Shown here: piece by piece, positions 37,880 through 51,500 of the stretch
How positions within the stretch are numbered: the first letter of the stretch is position 1
Layout of the letters: each line of letters starts with the position of its first letter
From: Lytechinus pictus
Lineage: Eukaryota
Assembly (NCBI RefSeq): GCF_037042905.1
Contig: NC_087247.1
Span: forward strand, 14,818,001 to 14,882,000
Direction of reading: 5' to 3'
Length of the DNA: 64,000 nucleotides
Program-made: the position numbers and the translations under genes
The notes under the pieces: generated by a model
Databases searched by the model: none
Told to the model about the DNA's origin: nothing
Seen by the model: only the letters and a program-made list of their open reading frames with translations

Positions 37880-38081
37880 GGGGTATTGCAAGAAAATTGC
37901 AATCAATTGCACATTTCTAATGCAAATTTACAAGTGAAAGATCAATTTTGCAATTTATACTTGATGGTATATGAAGTACACCCAACAATCAATTACAATT
38001 TGCGATGAAATGCATGACTTTCGATTGACTTTGGGACTAAGAATTGACTTGCGATCAATTGCAAGTTCCTTGCAACACCCC
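37880..38081. mobile_element. MITE family GGGGTGTTGCAAG...CTTGCAACACCCC; copies at 55636-55855 and 59521-59727
   Basis: Inverted ends and a shared internal GATCAATTGC / GGGAC.AA.AATTGACTTGC. Confidence 0.82.
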
Positions 38082-38316
38082 ATTAGTCATCTAATAGTTG
38101 CCCAGACACTGTACCATAACTGTTAATGAGATGTGAAAATGAATAGATGAAGACTGTATTTGATGTCAGTGTTGAAGTAATTTCTAAAGGTTTATATTTA
38201 CTTGGTCGACAACCAGTTGGTCTTCTCAGATAGTCTAAATGGGCTAAACTCATTTGGTCTACTATTAATATAGTGTAATTGCCTTTCGATCTTCACAACT
38301 TTGGGTTTTATAGATT

Positions 38317-38640
38317 ACCGAAGTGGTGATGTCACAGATAACTTTTTTTTTCATTTCAGCATTTTTTATACCATACCGCAGCAGGGCATGATGAAAAACA
38401 CCCATCACCCAAATTTGGTGGAAATCTGTCCATGGGGGCCTTAGATATGACCTCATAAATACATAATTAGCCCCAACGAAGTCAATGTATTCATGAGGTC
38501 ATATCTAAGGCCCCTCCCCCCATGGGCCGATTCATACCGAATTTTGGTTGTGGAAGTATTTCATCATGCTCAACAGAAATATGGTATAAAAAGTGGTAAA
38601 CTACACACAAAAAAAGAAAATACACTTTGGTACTGTATTA
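38317..38640. mobile_element. Foldback element downstream of the EPC stop
   Basis: Central arms GGGCCTTAGATATGACCTCAT.AATACAT / ATGTATT.ATGAGGTCATATCTAAGGCCC, extending outward imperfectly. Confidence 0.82.
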
Positions 38641-38909
38641 ATAGTGTATGGGTCAGAATGTTAAATTTCCATTTTATCTAACAATTATTTTGTACTCTCA
38701 AATGAATTTTGATTATTGAAAATTCATCTAATCACATAGGCAGTGATGTTAGACCAATTGGGTATTAGACACAATGGGTAAAAATTAACTGGAAATTCGA
38801 CAAAAATGGCAAATTGGCAATTAGACCAAATGGTTAGGAAACAATACAGTTGTAAACAAACATGGATTAGACCTTGTGGGATGAGACCAAATTAAAAGTA
38901 GATCAGTCC

Positions 38910-39158
38910 AGCAAAGAGTTACGATTGATCCCATCAAGCTCGAGTATACGGAAATCCATCAATGTCATAACTTTTTCTTCAGGCAATTTGCACTATGTCC
39001 TCTGTGAATAAAGAGAAGCACACTGAATTTTCAAGAATAATATTAATATATATATCCAGAAAATATTCTAAACAAACATGTATTTTAGATGTTGACGTTG
39101 CTGGCTTTCCATAGTCGGGTTGATTGGATCAATCGTAACTCTTTGTGAGACAGGGCCC
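38910..39158. mobile_element. MITE; related copy at 49504-49738
   Basis: CAAAGAGTTACGATTGATCC...GGATCAATCGTAACTCTTTG inverted arms. Confidence 0.82.
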
Positions 39159-41906
39159 AGGTGGGTGTAGACCGAGTGGCATTTTACTATTTCTAAAGCT
39201 TGTATACAAATCATTTTGGCTCAGGTTCTTTATAATATCTTCTTGAAGAGAACAGACCTTTGTGTGCCTCGCTAATGTTGGTTTGAATTGTTGGTAGCTT
39301 GTTAATTCATCACATTCCATTGATATTAGTATGGGCTGGATACCCATGCGAATAGATCTACATCTTGAGGATGTAACGGTGATTTATGTCCACTGAATGA
39401 AATGTTGATTGAGAGGTATAAGGGCACTTTGTCTATACACAAACATTTTTCGATCCTATTTTGGAATATTTTCCTGTTTTTATGATGTTAATTTTTTTAA
39501 AGAACAGCTGATTTGGAAGTTCGTAATTATTCATCCCCTTGGCAACAGTTGCTATCAGTACAAATCCTCAGCTTCAATTCCCTGATAAATGCCTAGCTTT
39601 GTAATGCTATGACAAAGAGAAGTATGTAACAAAGTAAAATATCCTATATTCTCTTCCCCCCCCCCCCCCCACAAAAAAAAGGAAAAATCGTCTATAACAT
39701 TGATGGTTAACCAGCCGTAAATCATAGTAGGATTTGTTTTTCTTTTAATATTTGGCTTGGAAAAAGATATCAATTTATAAAATGTATACCGTTAAATCTT
39801 GATTCTGGTTAAAATGTCACTTGCTTCCTTTTGTCAAAGAAAGACAGAATAGAGCTTGATATCACTTTGGTATTGATATAAAGAATTAGTATGATTCTTA
39901 CTTTCAATAATTTGTAAATTGAATTTTTATTTGATATATCCTCATTTCATTTTAATAGATCGGCAAGATTTCATAAGTATGATATTTAGTGCCCTTATGT
40001 GTCTCATGGACTGAAGGAGTAGATTTTGTGTCATGATTCATTGAAGAGTTTCCAGCATGCCTTGCTCTCTTTTCCTTCCCATGCATCAATCCAATACAAG
40101 ATATATTTCTCCTTTAATAATGTCAATCTCTGATTGATGTTTATTACAGGTCTTAACTTTATAACCCAAGGCACTGCCCTCATTTTTGGCCTCACTGCCC
40201 TTCTAATAAAATAGGCCTTTGATTATTCATTTTATTTGGTGCCCCATTAACTTTCCCCCATTCATGTTGTAGTATAGAATGTGCCCTTTAGAGAAGTGTC
40301 ATGCTCTAAAGAAATTTAAGGCCTGCAATTAATTTTGTTTGTGGTGTAGCATATATCTCTCCCTTCAAGCAATTTGAGATATGTACCCCCCCCCCTCCCT
40401 TCCCCCTTGTTAGACTTAACAGCCATTTGACTTTGATTTGATCTGTCAAATATTTTGATACCCTTTTATATCGGATTTTAGATTTTTTTTTCAACCATCT
40501 TCATAATCATCAGTCGTGGCAAATGATTGCGGTTATTAGCAACGACTCAAGATTGGCATGAAATCCATGTGTTTGACAGTGTGTGCGTAATATAGACTAA
40601 TATCTACTTCAGTTTTAAATGTTTGCAAATGTGCCGTGATTAGTCCTTAATATATAAAAATACAAGATAGGTTGCCCCCATTTTATATCAGTGTATAGGG
40701 TTACTGTGTTGTTGACGTATACCAATATTCCAAGGTTGAGAAAAGCAAGAGACTTGGATCTTCAAAATTTGTAATTCTTTTTTATTTTATCCCCATGTGT
40801 TACGAGTATTTGAATAGGATGTATGAAGACATGCTTTTTGTAGCCAGAGGTACCATGTTTTCACGAAGATTGCAGTTTTATGCTTTCAATGTAATATGAT
40901 TAAACCGAGAAGTCATTTCAATTTTATCGCAATGTACAGAGAATTTTAAATGTACAATAATCAAAAGGTAATTTCATATTTGTGGAAGATGTGCTCTCCT
41001 CCTCACTCAAAAATAAGGAAGAAAATGGATAAAACAAAGTCCTTAAAGGAAAAAATAGAATAGGGGATATTTGTGACAATGTTTGCAGGGTAAAATATCC
41101 CCAAGACAAACCAAGCAGAGAAAAAGTACCAAAAAGTATTTGTTGGTAAAGCATAACCCTTTGAATTGAAATATTCTACTTATGTATTTGTTATAGTCTG
41201 TTTTGTATCTGGCACAATGAATTACTATAATGATCATGTTCGGCTACAGTAGCAGAAATATGGATGTTGGTAGCGCAGTAATATTAAGAATAACTTCAGG
41301 GAGGGTCTGTAATTTAGTACAACGTACATTAGGTTTTCAAGGGGGGGGGGTATCGGGCTTTACCCCTGAAGTTACACGATAGATGTCCAAGGAATGTACA
41401 ACTATTCTTCCCAACGTTCGTGAAATATGTAAGTTTAAAAAATGCAAAACTAAAATAAGTTTATTAGGTAAAGGTGGTGGCTGCTGGTGATATTATTTAG
41501 CAGACAAAAAGACAATGTGGGTAGGAAACACTACTGTAAATGTTTTCATATTTGTATTCCTAGTAATAAGTTTCAAACCCCCTATATCCATAGCATATTG
41601 TATGAAATCAATAGGGTTGACCATCTTCAAGACCCGAGGATTTCAAACTATATTTTCAGTGAATCTTGATACATTGTGAACATTAATATTCAAATGAATT
41701 AAAACAAGAAGAATTGGCACCTGAAATTCATTTTATTTGTAGTGTGTGTATCCATCTCATATTGGTTTTTTTTTTCAGAAAGTGCTTTGAATAGATACAA
41801 GGACAAATGAAAAGTTACTTGTTTCATGAATAATACACATACATTATTTTATTACACTTCTCAAAGAAATTCAATTCTTGATATAAAGATTATCACAGCA
41901 TATTAA

Positions 41907-42405
41907 AGGACAAGTCCACCCCAACAAAAAATGTTGGTTTGAATCAAATGGGCATAACCATATTTTCATTTTTCAAAATCTGGTGTGAAATAACATTTAA
42001 CGTTCTGCTTAATTTCACGTAACAGATTCACAAAGCAAATTAGGGGACTGATGATATTCACTCATTTCTTCTGTATTTCATATGAAGTACTTTCTCCTTA
42101 TTATACTATGAAACAAAGTTTCATTCCTCCCTGAACATGTGGAATTTACATTGTTGTAACATTTTATAGTTCAAACGAGATGGTCCTTATTGTCAAATCT
42201 GTAAAAATGTGAATATTGTATGCTTCAAAAGAAATAGTTAGGAATCTCTGTGACTCTAATTTGCACATCACCGAGTTGGGCATATAACTGTTTGGTGAAA
42301 AACAAGCGAAACCTTAAAATGTCATAACTTTCTCAATTTCCATCTGATTTTGATGGAATTTTTAGGATTTTTCTTCATTTTTTTTTTCTGGGGTGGACTT
42401 AACCT
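41907..42405. mobile_element. Kolobok-like MITE (family A)
   Basis: TTAA|AGGACAAGTCCACCCCA...TGGGGTGGACTTAACCT|TTAA. Confidence 0.85.
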
Positions 42406-44387
42406 TTAAAAAGCTTTTCTATGAACAGACACAACATAGATCCAACTAGAATAAGGATATGTTACCAAAGTAGATCCACATACTGCAAAGTGCTTTTACA
42501 GTAAATGTGATGCCAACTGGTCCAAAATAGTACATGAACAATAATTTCCATTTTCTACCTTCTAACTCAGAAGACCACATTATATGTTGGCTTGATTTTT
42601 GCCTTAGATAATTATACTAGTTTATTCAATTAAATTGTATAGTGGTTAATTGCAATTCTGGTTTTAAAGATCCTACAACAGAATGAATATATACAATACC
42701 TTTGAGGTTTGTCAACAACAAATTTGCATCATAAAACAAAAATTGCACATCACAGCAACAATAGAGACAATTTCCCCTAAAATTGAACTGCTTTTAGTCT
42801 GTCTTTGACTTATTTCATTATTTAGATTTGCTAGCTTATAGCTTACAGCAAACTGATTTAAAATCAGGAATGTATTAGAAATTAAAATTTATGATTTGAT
42901 GGATTAGTTTTGTAGCAAAATGCATGCATGGATTTATCAGAATAAGTATTACCAATATATTAATATTCATCAAATTCCAAAAATTGATTAGCAAGCTATG
43001 TATTTAAATCATAGAATACAACATTACCCTTCTTCAATCATATTAATTAATATAGTATATACATTAAATGGGACCCTGTCATTCTGTATCAATTGTTTTT
43101 CAATCAACTTTCCATGAAATAAACAATAACTTTTTTTTTCTATAACAAACATGAAAATTGAACTGAGGAATAGACAGCAGAAGTTTTTGTCTAAAGAGGA
43201 ATTTGCAAGCCTGAGCCTGAACAAAATACTCATCATTAAAATAATTTGACCGATTTTAATTTGGGTAATTAAATGGCAGATTCATCCCATCCCTGGCAAA
43301 ATCAAACACAAAACACAAATTATATACAAAAACAATCAAGACCATGCACTGGTAAAAAGACATACAAAACATCAAAAGGAATTACAAAGCATTGAAATTA
43401 TCTAGAATCACAAACAAATGTACAATTTCAAAACAACAAGCTAGCAAAGTTCTGTAGCAGAGATCTCCTCTGCATGAACAAAGATTCTGATTGGCTCAGA
43501 ACAAATGTGAAAATTAATGACAAGATCCTTAATGAAACTGCCCCCATCCCATAAGCAGCGCTTGCACTGTGGCCCGCATACATACAGAAGTCTGAGATCT
43601 TCCTTTATAACAAGGGCAATTGGTTGCTTGACTCTACCCCTTTCTGGCCACGCCTACAGATGAGAGATTACAAAAGACTAATAGTGTATAAAATACAGCA
43701 AACATATTTTACACCTCGAATCAATTCACCTGTATCCATAAACCAACGAAGGTACAGCAACACACTGAATTATTTTAAAAAGTGGATTACATCTTAAATG
43801 CAGTATGTGACACTGTTCCAGAACAGAAGCTGTTTAGCTTTAATAGGCTTTATCATTACACACTGTATTGGCATTTTTAACTAAGTCATATCAAGAAGCA
43901 TGCATAAAAATGTATTCAAAATTGAACAATTGTCAATATAAGGAGGAAAGCAACGTTACAAGAGCTATACATCTCTATGGGTTAAAGCATGATAAACTTG
44001 TATTACCTTTCATCCACACTTCAGCAGAATGATTAATAGGTATTTACATTTCAGTTATATAAAAAAAGATGTTACTGCAGTCCCCCTAAACATAGTTTCC
44101 TTTATTTTAATTGGGAAAATTCATTGTTAAATTGTTAACTTGGGATACGTATTTACAAATTCTTGAACTGTTTATAGTCATTCACACACCCTTTATGAAG
44201 GAAAAAATAGAATTCCCATTAAATAATGGGATATTGTACCATTTTACAGTTTTAGTACTGTTGATTAGGATCAGCCTCAAACAGATTCTATGGTTCAGCT
44301 GTCTAAAAAACTTAAAAATACCTAAATTATAAAAGTGGACACAAGTTTACTATTGATAATATTACCTATATGATGTTCAAATCTTCC

Positions 44388-44627
44388 TAATAATATATAG
44401 CATTTATAGGGCGCCAATCATCTAGTTGCTAATTCAATGGCGCACTATATATTACCCCAACTTTAGCTCTAGCATTCAAGGAATTAATCCTTCCCGGTAC
44501 CCTGACCTGGGTTGAGTGCAGCACAATGTAGATCAAGTTCTTGCTGAAGGAATTACACCATGGTTGGGATGTGAACACATGACCCTCTGTTTCAAAGTCT
44601 GGAGACTAATCCACTGTGCCACAATGC
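44388..44627 (-). mobile_element. tRNA-derived SINE
   Basis: Same head, core and tail as 19867-20176. Confidence 0.85.
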
Positions 44628-45498
44628 ATCTTACTCACATCTTTCCAAAGAATTATTTCTCTCATTTGTGATTTGTACATATCAATATCATATTTTACAA
44701 AATAACAGGTTTTGATAGTATGCTTAGGAAAGGCAAGAACTTAAGGGTAAAATCCACATCCTCTCTTTCATTGACAAAATCACGTGATAATCATTAGCAA
44801 TGCATATTTTGTCCTAAAATTCAGTCACCATATGAAAATACAGCATATTTTGGAACAAGAGACATGCCTTTCTCAATTAAATTTGAAGTCATTCGAAATG
44901 ACCATGATAACATACTATCATCCTTTAAACTCGAATTCTAGACTTGAAATAAATGTATTTTCTATTTCTCATTTTATCCCATTAAATTCACACAAAGTGG
45001 CAAGCAGTTATGAGCACAGAAAATGTTATCGAATGAAGAAGCCTAATTAAAAATGTCCATCTGAATCATTGGCGATGAGGGGCCTGTTACATAAAGCGTT
45101 ATGATGAAATGTAACTTGATTTTTAACCAATAAAACGCGTGTATTGGGGACTTGCAAGTGATTTATTGTGTTAACTGCAACTCTCTCTGCAATAGGCAAC
45201 AAACAACTTCAATTCACTTCCCCAACTCGCAATTATATAAGTCTACATTCTAAGAATTTGACAATCACAACCATTCTATGTGATACATTTACTAAATTCA
45301 ATTATAAAAACAAAATATCTACAAAAACAAGACTTCCATATTTACATATGGAAAATATTTTGAAAGATTAAAGGTGTAGATCAACATGTTTGACTATCTT
45401 AAAAAGTAACAAAAGATATCACTACAAAGGAATATGTTCTCATGATATATGGTTATGAAAAATACAAGTTTTGTACACGTTGCAGGGGTTGAGTGAAC

Positions 45499-45552
45499 TC
45501 ATATTGCGTCCGTTGCCTTGGCAATAGCAAAGTGAACCTTCGATACAAATAC
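45499..45552 (-). CDS. VPS13C: VPS13 terminal coding exon
   Basis: gtgcag|[17 protein letters not shown] (TGA 45501-45499). Confidence 0.82.
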   Translation of the reverse strand, partial: VFVSKVHFAIAKATDAI

Positions 45553-48500
45553 CTGCACATCAAAATTGAGAAATGAAAAGGGATAATTTTTATTATCAAA
45601 AGAAGTTAAATTAAAGATTTATTATAAAAAAATATATGCCTTTGTCTTTCAAAAAGTTTAAATATAAATTGTGGTAAGAAAAATAAAGTCCTGTTACATA
45701 ATACCATGACATTAAATAAAAAGTAAAAATTGAGAAAATTTGAAAAAAATATTTTTAATGAAAACATTAGCGATGAGAACAGTTAATAATGCTCAAAATT
45801 AAGAAAAAATCATAAAGGTAAGTCATGTTTTGACAAAGAGCTGACCGAGATTGCCAGGCATAGGAACTTTATTAAGAATAATAACCTATCTTAACCTACC
45901 TCAGCAGATTTCTGATCTAATATGTGTACTATCTTGCCAGGTCCTTGCTTGCCTCTAATCAGGCTTCCTAAACGATTACCAAATCCTCTTCCAAGAGGAC
46001 CCTTTCCTTTTGGCGCTTCCTGCTTCTCCTATGGAAAAAAAAAAGCACAACAAATTACGGGCAAACTTGCATTAAAGCTAAATGATAGTAGTTGCAGTAA
46101 ACACTGATTTCGTGAGAAAGTCTGTAAAACCAAGGTTAAGTATTACTTTATCATCGTGGATCTAGATCTGGTACAGTTACATAAACTGAACTCTGTGAAA
46201 TCATAAAATCTAAGCTGAAAAACGATCACACTGAAGATCGCCAACACAGATAGGCACACGTGGGACAGTATATTATTATTGCTGGAAGTGCCCGAATCCG
46301 CGCTTATTTTGCTTATTTCTCAGCAATTACACAATTTCTTCCAGAATCCTTTGGCACATATTTTTTATTTATACAAACAGACATTTAGGTGGTCATTATA
46401 TTGGATTCTGTAAAAAGTCATTTTGAGATCGTTACCACAACTGGCATTTACCTTTAACTGCATTACAGACAAATATGCGTTTTCAGACCTTGTAACATAA
46501 AGCTTAGCAAAATGGGCTGAATTCTATAAGTGATTCTATTGATTATTGTGTCAGGTCCCGTATCAAATACAAAGGTTGGCGATCGATCGTACACTAGATT
46601 TTTACGATTGACTGTACATTGTAGTCAATGCAATCAATCATTAAAGAAATATTCTACAATGATTGCTAAGCTTTGAGTTACGGGCCCTTGATAGGGTTAT
46701 AGAAAAAATTCAGCCCCACAAGTAATCGCTTAACTGCTTACACTTAGAACACAGAATCATATTTATCGTCAAACAACCCATGGTTAAGCTATTGGGAGAA
46801 CAAGATTTTTTTTTAGGTGTAGAATGACCTACGGTGGGCAGAGCTATGAAGCCCAGCGCACACTATGCGATCCAACGTGACACAATTTTTTGCATTAGAT
46901 GTGAGAGTTTCAAGAAGTAAAAGGATTTCATTTTAAGTTCAGCATAATGTTAGGAATAACAAAATCATAATTTTGCTTTGCCGCAAACTCTGTGGTTGGA
47001 GTAAAGTCCAAAACGGCTTCAAGTCGTAGCCATCACGATTTGGATCCGAATTTGCTTTTATTCCTACAGGGAGGCTCGAACTACACTGAATTTTTTATTT
47101 CCGTAGTCCTACCACTATTCTGAACTCTGATCGCTAATATTAATTGGTTGGCCAATGTTCATATCAAATGTTATTACAATTCCTTTGAAATTCGGATCGT
47201 GACAAATCGCATAGTGTGCGCTGGCCTAAGGTACCGTGTCAAAACTCAGAACCACATCCTCTGTGGGATTCGGCCTCTAATTACCAATTCTCACACTTCA
47301 TCATAAGCAAATCATATGGGAATGCAGGAAAGCCGCTATGAAAAGATCTATAGTGCCTGTACAGTGGGATTCATGCTACAACACACCGGACAGACTTTTG
47401 ACAAGTTGCCTAGAAAAATCATGACATTTTTATTCTTTACAAAACAAACATCCTAGCCTGAATGCAAATGAGGGGGCACAACAATATCCATAAGCTGGAT
47501 GGAGCTCATTGTGCGCTGCCGCACGCATGGCCTTGGGGCAAAGGACAGGTACTCCAAGCAGGCAAAATATGAGATTTTATTTTCAGGGGATTTAAAAAAA
47601 ATATATTCAAGGGTTCTTTTATGTATTTCAGGTGCAAATCATCCCGAAATCTGTGTAATTTTTTCCCTGATGGCACGTCTCACAAGCATTTGGTGAAAAT
47701 TGAGGAGGTAGTTTGATTCGCAAGATTTGCAATGGAACAGTGGTGGATCCAGGCGGGATGCAAGGGACACCCCCCTCCCCCACTGTATTTTGAGAGTCAC
47801 CGCCTGAACATATATACTGATATACATGTATCATTACTTCACAAACAGCTTGATGAAACACCCACAAATCTTCTTTTAAATATGAGTCAGTAGAGAACTA
47901 CAGAAACAATTCAGAAAGTAACTTCGTGCACTGATAAAGCATGACCAACATTGATTACTTCAATTACCTTCTTTTTCTTTATCTCCTGTGGTAAAGCGTG
48001 TATATGAGAAATACAATATTTAAATGACACTTTTTAAGTGTAAGACACATATTTTTTTGACATGTTCCATTCATCCCAAATCATGTACATTCCAAATATG
48101 AAAAAACAAAACAGAAAAAAATAAAACAATATACAAACTCAAGTGCTGCTCGATCCACCACTTATGAAAAAAAAGGAAAACCCTATTGTGAGTACACTTT
48201 TGTTTGTTAATGTTTTAGTGCCATGGGATTGGAGATATGTATTTCTCGCAACAAAAGAAAAATTAAAGCAAAATTCTTTTTATCCATCACCTCCCTTAAA
48301 AAAAAAACATAACCCTCTCATAATCAGCAGGCCAATTTTTACAACAGTTATGCACCACGCAATTATTATGGCCCTTCAAACACCATCTGGTTGTTAGCAA
48401 AATTTATCATACACCATTTGATTGCCAATCTGTTAACTATCAAAAGATACTTTATATAATATTAGAATGTCCTAAAATCATAAACACCAACTAAATGTTA

Positions 48501-51500
48501 CAAAACCTTTGTACATCATCTGACAAGTATTACCATTCAAACACTAAGTGCAATACTTATCAACCATCAATCACCATCTGATTGTTATATATAATCCATT
48601 AAAAACCCATATGACTAGAAAGCTTCATCTTTATACACCATACAAACCTGTTATCACAATCTGATCATAATCAATACTTTATGTGCGAAAAGAGTTTAAA
48701 CACAATCTGCAAGCAGAGGTAAGGTATAACATTCTAACTATATGTTTATATGAGGGCCTCATAACACAGAGGTTTGTGATGGAGAGCAAATATGAAAGAA
48801 CACTTCTGATTGGTCCCTGGGTAATATTTTGAACAACGTGTGCATGTAACATTGACCATGATTGGCCATGGTCATTTAGCGATTAATCGCCAGCCTTTGT
48901 GTTAATGAGCCCTAGTATTCAACTATGACACTACATTCACTAGAGTACAGCACCCCGTCTGCTGTTTTTCTTGTTATTGTATTTTTTTATGATAACTTCC
49001 AATATAAAGTTAAAATTTAGATTGCTTATTGATTACTTCATTTCCTATGCTTCATTTTCAAATTACAATTCGATTCATTCCATGTAAAGCATTTAGCTTT
49101 TTGGCAAAAAGTTTTTGAAACAAGCCGTAAAAAAACATAATTTTTCAATTTCAGTGAAATATGATAATCTTCCCTTTGACATGGAGAGGATCGAAGCTTC
49201 ATTTTTTCATAGAGTGCCTAAATTTGGGTGAGAATTAAGAAAATAGATAATGTAACCATTACGTGAAAAAATAGCAAAAATGATGAAAGTTTACAATACC
49301 TCCACAGCAAATCTAATTTCATCACCTTTTTTGTTCAAGGAAGATTATTTTTCTGCGAATTTAGACACTCAAGAGCACATTTCCGCTCTTTTGGTATTTC
49401 ATTTATCTCACTTTTATAAATGTATATCAGATGCAAAAAGAGAAGCTTTGCCATGATTTGTAATTAATTGTTATAAGTCAACTCTGTAGTCTTTACAAAT
49501 ACAAGACCCTGTCTTACAAAAAGTTATGATTGATCCAATCAATCCTAACTATGGAATCTATCAATGTCATAAGGAAATAGGAAATCTAAACACTGTCATT
49601 TATTGACAATGATGCATGTATGAGTATACATCCTATAAAGAACACACTTTGAATGGACATGAGCATTGTAGATGTTGATGTCTTTCCATAGCTAAGAATG
49701 ACTGATTTGATCACAACACTATGATAGATTGGTTCCAGGCTTACCTTTGGTTCGATGAGAATTCCTTTCTCAGTAATCTTTGGTAGTTCTTTTAGGTTGG
49801 TATATAGGAACTCAAACTCCACGTTCCATTGGCCAAGCATGTCACCGCGTAAGGTGTAGATCAACCGCCTATCAAAATTAGAAAATAATATACCACAATC
49901 AAACTCCACATTCCATGTCACCGCGTGAGGTGTAGATTAATCGCCTATCAAAATGAAGAAAAAAAAATTCCATTGGCCAAGAATATATGTCACCTCTTGA
50001 GGTGTACATCAGAATGATATACATACACATCATGGTATTACATAAAGTACACTGATCTCTACCAACTTGCTTTTTACTTGCACCTAGATCACTTCAGCCC
50101 ATAACATGTTACCAATTATTTTGTGCAATACTGCGATGCTCTGCATTTTTGGGAGGTTCCATTTTTCCCATTATGGTAAAATCCTCAATTATGTCACAAT
50201 AACCTTGCTTGAGAAAGATCTAGATACGCAACCACAATCTACATACACCCTAGAAGTAAAACAAGCATTGGCTCAAGCGCATTTATTTACATGTATGAGA
50301 AAACCATGAAGTTCTTACCAGAATTCTCTCTTGGAAAGGAGAATAAAATTGTTTCCCTCCAATATAGATTCATGTTTTCGGATGTAGAATATAGAGTAAA
50401 TAACCACATCACGTCAAGACAAACCATCACTTACTCAGCAACCTAGGAGTTACATGCTGTTTGCCTTGGAGGTGATAGCTTCCCCGATACCTTAACCAAC
50501 AGCGATCACTTCCTTATCATTCTTAAACCTTTGGCGCCAAAGTCACCAATTGGTGCCATGTAATAATTCAACATCGCTACAATGGTATGATCTGAGATAA
50601 GCTTACTTGTCTGTAGCTAGTACGTAACTCTTCTTGTCCGGTGTGACCTGCAAGTGAGCAACGTAGTCCTCTGTATGAGCATATTTTCCCTTGTCTACTT
50701 GGAGGAGGAGAGAGTTGCCGAGAGCCATGGACTTGTTGTAGGCTCGGATGATACCGTCTGCACCGATGTAGCGAGGTTCACGCAGCTTCCGGATCTCAAC
50801 CTCGGATTCTACAACTCTGTTGGGGGGAGAAGTGGAAGAATAGGTTTGGTTTAAGGGCACTTTTGTTGCGCTTTCATTGTGACATCACTCACACGTGATA
50901 ACCCACAGACTACTCAACACCATGCATCAAACACAGTGTTTGTCTTTTGAAGTGATTACAAATCTCATTTAAACACTGTGATCTCACGTATCACAAGTAT
51001 TTGTGTTAGAGCGCCACCTTGTGGTGGAATACTCTGAATAATGTTTATGCGACAATAGTAATTCTCAGGGATAATTCTTCACTTATCAGTGCTGCAGTGA
51101 AGTCATGTGCTGCCTAATAAAGTAAGGTTCAATCATACAACTATTGTGAGGTGTCATTTTTATATTGGCATGGTGGCAGCGGTGGGATTTGTCATTCCTT
51201 TATTGTCATATAGTTCTACTGATAAATCCTCATTTCATCCCCCTGTACATCGGATTCATCATTCAGTTAAATATTTCTTTAATTTTTCAATTCTTATTCA
51301 CGACCACATCATCTTGTATATTTGAAGGAAAAGTATTCGACCAGGAAGCATCAATGATGAGAAACGTTGGTGGAATCTGTACTACGAAACATACAGTTTC
51401 CAGCTTGTGAAAATGGCAATCATTTAGTTTCAGACATGACATGATGTCACATTTGATACAAGACACAATAAGAGCATTTCTATGCTGATCAATAAAATTT

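Noticed and set aside
50430-50578. Extra VPS13 exon candidate
   Set aside because: Its acceptor is only ~28 nt from the upstream donor, there is an early in-frame stop, and the flanking exons already join in phase.
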